Origin: Anthoceros angustus
Lineage: Eukaryota > Plantae > Anthocerotophyta
NCBI GenBank assembly: GCA_010909165.1
Contig: MU008175.1
Location: forward strand, 1 to 64,000
DNA length: 64,000 nt
Reading direction: 5' to 3'
A program made the translations under genes and the position numbers. Below are positions 48,341-59,179 of the stretch, piece by piece. Every line of letters starts with the position of its first letter. Position 1 is the stretch's first letter. The notes under the pieces are model-generated. The model did no database searches. It was not told the DNA's origin and saw nothing but the letters and a program-made list of their open reading frames with translations.

Positions 48341-50811
48341 TTTTGGCGCCGGGAATGAAATCGCTCCAGCAAGCGGATGCGTGAGGACGAGGTTAAGGAC
48401 GACATCACCGAGAGAGCCCGCCAGATCGCCTGCCCGAGCGCAGCACGTGAGAGACGACGAGCTCGAGGCGAGGTCACCAACCCAATGTAAGCGTGGTGGA
48501 GTTGTCTGATCGAGGAGGACGCACCAAGTCAGCGGCAAGGGGTTCCTCATCCTCACCGATCGCGCGATGGCAACAACGCCGACTAAGCAAGCGATTCTCT
48601 TTGGAGGTAAGAAGGAGAGGACGAAAACCTTCGTGGAGGATTTCGTGTCGCGCAAACTTCAACGGAGAAGGTTCGGATGCGCAGCTCATTCACTGCTCCA
48701 AGGTCCCGCGGGCAGCTGCTGGTATCGGAGGAAATACCACCGCCTCGTAACGCACTCGCAACCTTCAAGATTGAAGGATGCCTTTCAGAAAGATTCCGCG
48801 AATCGATCAAGAAGGCTACGCCTTGTCCAAACTCGAGAACCTCAAGCGAGGAAAGACGGAAGTTGGGATCGACATCGACGGGTTCTACGCTGTCAAGGAC
48901 CGCAAGACTGCGTTCTCGCCACCTGAGTGGCAAGAAGTGGAAGAGGCCGTGAGAAGGGCGGAAAGAGACGCCGCCTGCAGTGAGGCCATCTGCAACCCCA
49001 CCCGGAGCCGGTCAGTGTCGCCGACGGGAGGCAAGGGGTTAGCCTGAACCCCCTCACCCTCCGAGCCCTGTGACCTAAGAGGGCGAAAGGAATCATGCCA
49101 GGGCCAAGGAGGAGGCTCCCGGACCCCTGCACTCAGGACCCAAGGGACCCGATTAGGTCCGGAGCCCAGCCCTGACTCGATCCCGATCATGGTATGGAGG
49201 TCCTCATGACCGAGATGCCCGCCTCCCACAACGGACTTTTGGGGGCCTCACCAATGGCACTGAAGAGACACGGCGGTTCGCTACCGCTGGCGGATCAGGT
49301 ATGCTCGGGGTCTCGGGGGACGGCCGAGAAGACCCAGGAGGTGGAAGCCACGAGGAGGCGCATGGTGCTCCTCCGAGCTTGAGGCGGCCCAGAGGCGAGG
49401 GAGGAAGGCAAGCCCCGCCGATCGAGGGGGCGCCGAGGCCGAAGAGAAGTCTCGTCCATTCGACAGATCGGACAGTTTCTTCAGGCGAGCACCGGGCAGG
49501 CTGTGAGGCCCAAGCGCGGGCCGAGGATCTCGCCAACGAAGAGGGAGGCGCAGAAGAGGCGAGAGGGCTCGCGACTTGGTCGGCCCGGGTGCGGCTCCGC
49601 AACAAGGTACCGAGGCTCACAAGACGGAAGTGAGGCTAAAGATCCACCGCGATCACTATGTGATCGAACCCAAGGGAGGAGGCGGCTGGCCGCTGCCAAC
49701 CCAAGGCAGCAAAGCAGGAGCAAGCACGGGTCAAGCTGCGGAGGAGGCACTGAGGTCAAGACCCGGAAATTGGGACTGTGGTGCAGCAGAGGTAGAGGGC
49801 GCGAGGAGATGGAGGACAATAAGGACACTTTGAGTTGCAACTCCAAGACGATCGGAGCAGCAGGGTTCTCAACGAGAATCTAAGACTTCGAGCGGAGATA
49901 GAACGCTTCTCCACCGATCAAGACGGAGGAGAATAGGCTGCAAGGAGTTCGACACAAGGCCGCAGCAGGAGATGGCGGAAGTCGTGAGTCGAACGGATAC
50001 CGGCCCCGCCCGGGAGTAGCGGTGACCCCGGAAAGAGTAGACTTGAGGGAGGAAAGAATGGAGGAGAAGCAACGGCCGCCGTCTCGGCCAGGAAGTAGGG
50101 GGAGCTCACCCATGGCTCAAACGGAGCTCGAGCAACGACACGGGAGGTGGAGAACGTCGAGCACCGCCGCAGGAGGTAACGGAGTATCTCACGCCTCAAC
50201 TGGCTGTTACACCCCGGTAAGCTTGGCACGAGACGCCAAGCTTACCACCGAGGCTTGTGTGTCTTCATGCTAACGTGAGTCCCGAGTCATCAGGTGCACG
50301 ACACCGGAGACCGATCAAGGTCCCGTGACTGACCCTAACGTGGTGGTGTGTGCGTGGAAGAGCGATCGGGGACCCTTGTTCTCTGTAGCAGCCGCCCGGG
50401 CCACGAGCGGACCGGAACGTGCCGGGAGGGACTCCGGAAGGCAAGGCAGAGCCTGGACGAGAGGCCCTTGCTGGAGCAACGAGGAGGTCCTGGACTGCAG
50501 CCACTCATGCTCTTTCCCAAAGTTGATGAGTGTAGCGAGAGTGGTGAGGGGAACGACTAGAGGAACGAGGGATCGCATAGTGAACAATAATGGACGCAAA
50601 CGGTCCTTAAATGTTTGGCCACACGGCCTTGCCTGCTGAACGTTAGGAGTAGTTAGGCGAGTTAGCCAGTGTGGCGTCGAGCCATTACAAAGTAAGGTGA
50701 GAATCGATCGAAAAGCGCAAACGGCTTATCATTCTCTTGGGAACTGGACTCCTTTACTTCAACGACACGTGGATTGTGCGCCGCCTACCGATCATTAGCA
50801 AAAGTCCCACA
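48341..50811 (+). mobile_element. Tandem family A remnant: PBS + gag start (to ~48903) fused to an internally deleted 3' part of an LTR
   Basis: 48350-48900 matches 25540-26085. From ~48905 it matches LTR ~22670 onward and skips ~24200-25040. Ends AAAAGTCCCACA at 50811. Confidence 0.8.
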
Positions 50812-53350
50812 AGATTCTCATCACATTTTCCAACCTTATATGTACAAAGATCTAGTCAACATCAAGGTACCCCAAGACTTCTTCTCAAAATTTGTGGCAC
50901 TCAAAGTCGCACCCCCATTCAAAGATCCCTCACCTACTGAGCCTCGACGCCTTCAAGTCGCTCACTCGACATTTTATGACTCCATGAGCACCTCCAGCTT
51001 GGGAGGCCACTCCTACTTGACTTTTTGACGAATGGAGTAGGTAATCGCCATATTTTCTTCCTCAAGCACAAGGATGACGCACTTACATGCTTCCAAGAAT
51101 TTGTCCCCGCGAAAGGCAAAAAGCTTCCATGTCTATACTCGTGACCGACAACGCTGGGAGTACATGCCATGCCTTCAGACTCAGATCCAAAGGGATTCTT
51201 CGCCAACTCAGCATTCCCTCACACACCCTCCGAATCCTTTTGCAGCCTCAATCGCTTCTTGCTCGAGATCTCCGCATCTATTCTCAAGCGGGCTCACTCG
51301 AGGTTACCGGGCCAAGGCCGTGGCAACCTCCAACTACTTGAAGAACCGCCAACATCACTGCTTGAATGATGGACCGCACAAGCCCCTGATTTCATCTAAG
51401 AATATTTGGCACTCAAGATTTGCCCATATCCTCGATGTGAACCTGAAGAAGTGGGACGACAAGGGTAGAAAACTCCTCTTTATCTGCATCGTACTCAATC
51501 CAAGGCCTATCGCCTTTGACCTGCCACCCGTGAGGTAATTCTTTCCCGTAGCGCCATTTCCATGAATCTTGCTACTTAACCTCCTACCTAGCTTCCTCTG
51601 CTCCCTCTTCCGCCCCTAGCATGTCGCTCTTCACTCCTGATTCCTCGACCTTGAGGGGAAACACTCTACGACAAGACGAGCTCCAAGCTCAAGAGGAATC
51701 CACCACAAGAACCAAGACCTAGCCACCCAGCCTCCTCCTAAGTAGCCATCTGCACTACCTCATGCGTGTACCAGTACCTCCTCTGCAACCAATTGCACCT
51801 CTCAATCCGTAACTGAGCTGCACTGCTCCAACCCGAACCTCTAAGGCGTTCTACACAATAATCGACCACCAAGTCACCTATGGAGGAATCCACCTTTGTT
51901 TCCTAGAGAGTCATTTTCCGCCATATATAGCCCATTCCACCAAGATGTGCCAAGACTAGACAAGCCCTCGATAATGATCCAGCTCATTTTGCCCTTTATC
52001 ACGCCTAATAGAGATGCAAGATGTCCCCGCCAACATCCAAGAGGCACTCAAGACACTGAATGGACAGCAATCAAGTCAGTACGACTTTAATTGCCAATAA
52101 AACCCGGAAGCTCACAGACTTACCCGGGTAGAAAGCCTATATCCCGCAAGTGGACTTTTCGCAGGAAGCTCAATCCAGATGGTACAAGATCTGTATAAGG
52201 CCAAACCGGTAGCCGTGGTTTCACTTAGGTGCTTTTGATTATGAAGAGAATAGACTCTTCATCTGTGTTAAAGCAACCTCAATTGAATCCGCTAGCCTTT
52301 TGGTACATCATCACCGCACATACACCGTGTAGATGTTAAAACAACATTTCTATATGACTCTACATGAGGACATCTATATGCTGCCAAATCATAGGCTTCA
52401 TCATGATCAAGAAAGTGTGCAAGCCCTCAAGTCCATATACGTTTGAAGAATCAAATGACAAGCTTGTACTTGAAATCAGACCGTCGACTTTATCTTGAAG
52501 AAATGGGGCTTCACTCACCGCCAAGGAGTACGTCGCCGGGGTTTGATGCCTTGAAAGAACAAGCTCTTCATACATCAAGAACACTATTACGAAGATTTAA
52601 ATTGAAGGATCTCAACTCCCATCGTGATCCGGTGAGAAGATATCCATGGAGGATGCCCTTCAACCCGTGAGAGAGAGCCCAAGAGATGTCACAAGTGCCC
52701 TCATGTTGAAGTCAGCCTTCAGACCGGTAACTGGACCAGCCGATATCTCCCAAGCCAACATTGTATCAAGATATCTCCAACCCAAGAAGGGCCCATTGAC
52801 CAGCATGAAGTGCATTCTCCGCCATCTGGGCCACAAGACACTGGATTGGTATACGGTGAGGTGACCCATCTTGCAAACTCACACTAACCTCCTACTCCGA
52901 CGCAGACAAGGTGATCCAGACGCCTAAGTCCACCGCAGCCTATTGTATGCTCATCAATCACGGGCTTGTCTCCGGGCTGCAAGAAGATGCAAACCATGTG
53001 CTTGTCGTCCATGGAGGTAGCACGCCACATCCCTACCGCAAGGAAATCGTGGATTCGGCAGTTCCTAAGTGCCATCAACCAAGCAAGATCACCAAAGTTG
53101 CTCATGACAACCAATCAAGAATTGCGATGACACACAACCCCATCCCGCACGCGAGGATTAAACACGTGGAGATCCAAGATCATTTTATCCGTTAGGTAGT
53201 CGCAGAAGAAGGTTCTTTACAGATGTCAACACAAGCGAGAATACCTCAAACTCGCTACCAAGGACTCTCCAAGGCATTGCACGAAGCACGTAAGCGGCAT
53301 TGGATTGCTCAAAGGGAGGAGTATCCGAATGGTGTCCGCAAGCACTCTCC
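50812..53350 (+). mobile_element. Degenerate Ty1/copia pol fragment (INT-RT-RNase H), no LTR recognised
   Basis: MSTSSLGGHSYL, FFLKHKDDAL, KKWDDKGRKLLFI, KWTFRRKLNPDG, SYSDAD...KSTAAY, IKHVEIQDHFIR. Confidence 0.85.
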
Positions 53351-53389
53351 GCTCCGCTTGAGGGAGCCACAAGCTCGCCAGAACTAGCT

Positions 53390-53945
53390 CTCCATCGCAA
53401 GGCCACTCCACCAGCTCTTTTTCACCATCTCGAGGCAGAGGTTAGGCGTCCACATTTCCTGAACTTTTCCATACTGATGCCCTACCATGTTTGCTGCGAA
53501 GCTACTCTCGAGATGCTCTCGTTCTCCTTTACACATCGGTTTCCAATTTCTCCATGTTTGAGTTTGGGGACTCTAGCACGCTTAAGACTTCCGAGTCTCC
53601 GGCATTGCGCCAGAGGTCATGTGACTCGGGCTAGATGCCAGCAGGCATTGGAAGGAAAGCGGAGGACCAGCTGGACATGAGGATGTGACGGAAGCCACCG
53701 CGAGGGAATGATGAGCTCGGGATCAGCGAGGGGAGTGTTGCGTCATAGCGCGATGCAGGCGCTGGCGGATCCGAGTTAGGCACGTTTCACATAGATGCCC
53801 GGAAAATAATGTTTAAGCTTCAGTTCCCACGATTAGGCAGGTTACTTTGTAGAGTATCAACAGCTCAGCAGTTACACGAACACACTTGTATAAATACCTT
53901 CATCATCTATCAATGCAAATTCATTCACTCTAGTGGTTTCTTTAG
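53390..53945 (-). pseudogene. Possible LINE (L1-like) endonuclease fragment within the B3 intron (second copy ~56720-57270)
   Basis: TRIRQRLHRAM (57071-57103) resembles the L1 endonuclease RIxxRLDR motif. KVQEMWTPNLCL(E/Q)MVKKSWW resembles the FxFExMW...EMVKxxW segment that follows it. Motif resemblance only. Confidence 0.45.
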
Positions 53946-53984
53946 GATCCGATTCTGAGTCACAAGCTGGGGACGATTGCTTAC

Positions 53985-54992
53985 CAGCCAGAACCCACGG
54001 CACATGTGATCGCCGCAACTCCACCACGACAGACGGATTCTCGCATTTCAGCGCTTTGGCTACTTCAATGGCACGACGACACTCCTCCGTTGTCACGTCT
54101 CTCTGCTGGAAACAAAGAGGTCAGACTGGACAAGCTGACCATGAGGTGCCTTGGAGAGTCTCCTCCACGTTTCTGCGTCTGCTGGATACCATCCTCTGTT
54201 CTCTGACTCGGACCCTGCTTGCCTGCGAAGCCTTCACCTTCTTCGTTTCCCATTTTCGCCTCGCGTTTGTCGGTCAGGTCGGTGACCTCTAGCTCCACCG
54301 GCACAGGAGGATCAAGGACTCAGCTCCACTTCTTCATCGTCCCCGCCTGTGTCGCAGTCCCTGGGCGGCGTCCACTCCAGACACGTCTCGTAATCCTCCT
54401 CCACGTCCGACTGCCCAATGCTTCTCGCTTGCCGGATGCTGGTGCTCCGGGCCAGGGCATCCTCGCACACGCTTCTTCTCCTCCCTGCTTCCGCAGGCAG
54501 GCATTTGGAGTCTCCTTCTCCACCCTTGCGCAGCCTCCAACCGAGGCTCAGAGGCTGGCACCAGAATGCCACCGTCCTTGTCCCGCTTCAGGCTGCCGTC
54601 AGGGTTGAAAATCTTGACGGTCAGCAGCGACCTGGCCACCAGCTGGAACACCAGCATATCCCCTTCCTTCAGTGCCTGGTCTGGTGCGAAGGCCTGCCAG
54701 CCCTGGACAAATTGAAGGCGAACTCTGCCTGCATCTTTGTAACCACCACGCCATTGCTGGCCGTTGAGATTTGCAGATGCACGTATTTTGCCCAGAACGT
54801 CCCCTGCTTCTTCCGCGAGTGCTGAGGGGAAGGAGCTGCGCAAAATTCACCGGACGTAAATGAGAATGAGAATACTAGAGTGGCCACCAGTTCTGTTGAG
54901 AAACCCTCCTTCATCACGACAGCGAAAGAGGAGGTGTGGATTTTATCTTGCTTGTGATTCGTTTGGCAGATCGAGCAAGAACCCTTGTCCAT
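53985..54992 (-). pseudogene. B3/REM paralog 2, second B3 domain truncated, frameshifted
   Basis: MDKGSCSICQTNH, VQGWQAFAPDQALKEGDMLVFQL, KCENPSVVVELRRSH; ends at the GTAAGC donor (53984). The last exon is absent. Confidence 0.75.
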
Positions 54993-55601
54993 GCCTCAGC
55001 TTCTGGTGCAGCGATTTCCACACAGACACCCGGGAAAGTGAATCAGACAGGTCTCAACAGTTGGAAATGTGGCCCTGGCTAAAGAATTTTCCTCACGGAT
55101 CCGGGTCCTGGGCACCTGAACTTGCACCACAACATGAGAGGAAGGAAAAAGGAGAGGAAACCAAAGGAATCGCTTGCTTGAGTCTACAGACTCCAGATTG
55201 AATGGCCTGACACCTCCGTTGAGCTCTGACTCGAACGAATTGCAGAACCCGACGCGAAGCTCATGTTTTCTTTCTGTTGCATCATTCTTGAAGACAGGCT
55301 TGGATTCGTGAGCGGCAAGCTCAGTTCAGCTCGTTTCAGTGGAACGTAGCGTGCAACGCCACCTCCATGATCTCCTCTGCCAATTCAAGAAGTTCCTGGT
55401 CCGCGTTTGAAAGTGTTGGATGACACGTCGGGAATCCTGGTTTTAAGAACGTCTCCTCGACATAGTTTGCAGTCTGTGTTTTCTGACTATGGAAGGACTT
55501 GCAAACCCTAACAAGTGTCTACTTCACCCGAGTAGCTAGCAATTGAGGCCTACGTAAGTGCTATCTCCTTGATATAGCCTTGGTCCGTTTTCTTGGAGAA
55601 A

Positions 55602-56640
55602 TGCTTCACCTCACGCCTCCCGACACCATTTTATGTCCTGCAAGAACAAGGCAAGCTTGTCATCATCACCCTGTATGTTGAAGACAACTTTATCTTTGGG
55701 AACAGCCTTGCTGCAATACAAGAAGTCAAAGACCTGCTATCAAAGGAATATGAAGTAGTCGACATGGGACCCCTTTGATTTGCTCTCGGAGTGCAGTTTG
55801 AACACAACCCTGCGAACAGCTCATTCTTCATACATCAAGAACACTATGTCGATCACCGCCGAAAGATTTAAATTGAAGGATGCAGCCTATCTCAACTCCC
55901 ATCGTGATCCGGGTGAGAAGATATCCATGGAGGATCGCCTTCAACCTGAGAGGAGGCCCAAGAGATGTCACAAGTGCCTCATGCTGAAGCTGCAAGCAGC
56001 CTTCAGACCGCAACCGGACCAGCCGATATCTCCCAAGCCCAACATTGTATCAAGATATCTCTCCAACCCAAGAAGGGCCCATTGGACCAGCATGAAGTGC
56101 GTTCTCCGCTATCTAAAGGGCCACAAGACACTCGGATTGGTATACAGAGGTGACCCATCTTGCAAACTCACACTAACCTCCTACTCCGACGCAGATTGGG
56201 CAGGTGATCCAGACGCTCGGAAGTCCACTGCAGCCTATTGTATGCTCATCAATCACGGGCTTGTCTCCTGGGGCTGCAAGAAGGTGCAAACCGTGTGCTT
56301 GTCGTCCATGGAGGCAGAGTACGCAGCCACATCCCTAGCTGCGAAGGAAATCCTGTGGATTCGGCAGTTCCTAAGTGCCATCAACCAGAAGCAAGATCAG
56401 CCAACCAAGTTGCTCTGCGACAACCAATCAGCAATTGCGATGACGCACAACCCCATCCTGCACGCGAGGATTAAACACGTGGAGATCCAGCATCATTTTA
56501 TCCGTTAGGTAGTCGCAGAGAAGAAGGTTCTTTTACAGTATGTCAACACAAGCGAGAATACCTCAAACCTGCTTACCAAGGGACTCTCCAAGGCATTGCA
56601 CGAGAAGTAAGTCATTGGATTGCTCGAAGGAGGAGTATCG
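55602..56640 (+). pseudogene. Ty1/copia RT C-terminus + RNase H (duplicate copy)
   Basis: IITLYVEDNFIFG...DMGPL. ORF 55780-56508 reads LTSYSDADWAGDPDARKSTAAY...SSMEAEY...KHVEIQHHFIR. Confidence 0.9.
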
Positions 56641-57310
56641 AATGGTGTTCGCACAAGCACTCTCCGTTCCGCTTGAGGGGGAGCCTACAAGCTCAGCAGC
56701 TAGCTCTCCATCGCAAGGCCACTCCACCAGCTCTTTTTCACCATCTGGAGGCAGAGGTTAGGCGTCCACATTTCCTGAACTTTTCCATACTGATGCCCTA
56801 CCATGTTTGCTGCGAAGCTACTCTCGAGATGCTCTCGTTCTCCTTTACACATCGGTTTCCAATTTCTCCATGTTTGAGTTTGGGGACTCTAGCACGCTTA
56901 AGACTTCCGAGTCTCCGGCATTGCGCCGGAGGTCATGTGACTCGCGGGCTAGAGATGCCAGCAGGCATTGGAAGGAAAGCGGAGGACCAGCTGGACATGA
57001 GGATGTGTGACGGAAGCCACCGCGAGGGGAATGATGAGCTCGGGATCAGCAGCGAGGGGGAGTGTTGCGTCATAGCGCGATGCAGGCGCTGGCGGATCCG
57101 AGTTAGGGCACGTTTCACATAGATGCCCGGAAAATAATGTTTAAGCTTCAGTTCCCACGATTAGGCAGGTTACTTCGTAGAGTATCAACAGCTCAGCAGT
57201 TACACGAACACACTTGTATAAATACCTTCATCTATCAATGCAAATTCATTCACTCTAGTGGTTTCTTTAGGATCCGATTCTGAGTCACAAGCTTGGGGAC
57301 GATTGCTTAC

Positions 57311-58343
57311 CAGCCAGAACCCACGGCACACATGTGATCGCCGCAACTCCACCACGACAGACGGATTCTCGCATTTCAGCGCTTTGGCTACTTCAATGGC
57401 ACGACGACACTCCTCCGTTGTCACGTCTCTCCTGCTGGAAACAAAGAGGTCAGACTGGACAAGCTGACCATGAGGTGCCTTGGAGAGTCTCCTCCACGTT
57501 TCTGCGTCTGCTGGATACCATCCTCTGTTCTCTGACTCGGACCCTGCTTGCCTGCGAAGCCTTCACCTTTCTTCGTTTCCCATTTTCGCTCTCGCGTTTG
57601 TCGGTCAGGTCGGTGACCTCTAGCTCCACCGGCACAGGAGGATCAAGGACTCTCAGCTCCACTTCTTCATCGTCCCCGCCTGTGTCGCAGTCCCTGGGCG
57701 GCGTCCACTCCAGACACGTCTCGTAATCCTCCTCCACGTCCGACTGCCCAATGCTTCTCGCTTCGCCGGATGCTGGTGCTCCGGGCCAGGGGCATCCTCG
57801 CACACCGCTTCTTCTTCCTCCTCTCCTGCTTCCGCAGGCAGGCATTTGGAGTCTCCTTCTCCACCCTTGCGCAGCCTCCGCAACCGAGGCTCAGAGGCTG
57901 GCACCAGAATGCCACCGTCCTTGTCCCGCTTCAGGCTGCCGTCAGGGTTGAAAATCTTGACGGTCAGCAGCGACCTGGCCACCAGCTGGAACACCAGCAT
58001 ATCCCCTTCCTTCAGTGCCTGGTCTGGTGCGAAGGCCTGCCAGCCCTGGACAAATTTGAAGGCGAACTCTGCCTGCATCTTTGTAACCACACGCCATTGC
58101 TGGCCGTTGGAGATTTGCAGATGCACGTACTTGCCCAGAACGTCCCCTGCTTCTTCCGCGAGTGCTGAGGGAAGGAGCTGCGCAAAATTCACCGGACGTA
58201 AATGAGAATGAGAATACTAGAGTGGCCACCAGTTCTTGCTGGAGAAACTCCTCCTTCATCACGACAGCGAAAGAGGAGGTGTGGATTTTATCTTGCTTGT
58301 GATTCGTTTGGCAGATCGAGCAAGAACCAGAACCCTTGTCCAT
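57311..58343 (-). CDS. B3/REM paralog 3; one complete B3 domain, second B3 truncated (may be a pseudogene)
   Basis: MDKGSGSCSICQTNH exon; ORF 57653-58192 contains the full first B3 domain; ENPSVVVELRRSHVCRGFWL ends at the donor at 57310. The canonical last exon is not found. Confidence 0.65.
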
Positions 58344-59029
58344 GCTCTCAGCTTCTGGTGCAGCGATTTCCCACACAGACACCCGGGAAAGTGAATCAGA
58401 CAGGTCTCAACAGTTGGAAATGTGGCCCCGGCTAAAGAATTTTCCTCACGGATCCGGGTCCTGGGCACCTGAACTTGCACCACAACATGAGAGGAAGGAA
58501 AAAAAAGGAGAGGAAACCAAAGGAATCGCTTGCTTGAGTCTACAGACTCCAGATTGGAATGGCCTGACACCTCCGTTGAGCTCCGACTCGAACGAATTGC
58601 AGAACCCGACGCGAAGCTCATGTTTTTCTTTCCCTTCTTTTCTGTTGCATCATTCTTGAAAGACAGGCTTGGATTCGTGAGCGGCAAGCTCAGTTCAGCT
58701 CTCGTTTCAGTGGAACGTAGCGTGCAACGCCACCTCCATGATCTCCCTCTGCCAATTTCGCGAAGTTCCTGGTCCGCGTTTGAAAGTGTTGGATGACACG
58801 TCGGGAATCCCGGTTTTAAGAACGTCTCCTCGACATAGTTTGCAGTCTGTGTTTTCTGACTATGGAAGGACTTGCAAACCCTAACAAGTGTCTACTTCAC
58901 TCCGAGTAGCTAGCAATTCGAGGCCTACGTAAGTGCTATCTCCTTGATATAGCCTTGGTCCGTTTTCTTGGAGAAAATCGACGCTCGAGGTCTGCAAATC
59001 CACACAACCAGCGGATTGTCAAGTGATCA

Positions 59030-59133
59030 GTTTCTGGAATTGTGAAGTGCTAGGTTTCTGGAATTGTGAAGTGCTAGGTTTCTGGAATTGTGAAGTGCTA
59101 GGTTTCTGGAATTGTGGAGTGATAGGTTTCTGG
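59030..59133. repeat. 24-bp tandem repeat, 4.3 copies
   Basis: GTTTCTGGAATTGTGAAGTGCTAG occurs 3 times exactly, plus one variant and a partial copy. Lies just past the kinase stop codon. Confidence 0.95.
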
Positions 59134-59179
59134 ACGCGAGCGTCAAGCAGGCTCTTGAAGGTGAAGCGATGCGGCTTGC

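Larger units (their letters stand above)
52494..58976. repeat. Tandem duplication of a ~3.1-3.4-kb unit (copia RT/RH + LINE-like piece + B3 gene + upstream region)
   Basis: Units 52494-55601 and 55592-58976. The junction lies in CTTGGAGAAA (B3 upstream), which resembles CTTGAAGAAA (copia 52494-52503). Confidence 0.85.

Noticed and set aside
21141-50816. Target-site duplication around the whole family A complex
   Set aside because: Flanks ACATG and AGATT do not match and belong to unrelated TEs.
59030-59133. CRISPR-like array
   Set aside because: The units are contiguous with no unique spacers, there are no cas genes, and the context is eukaryotic.
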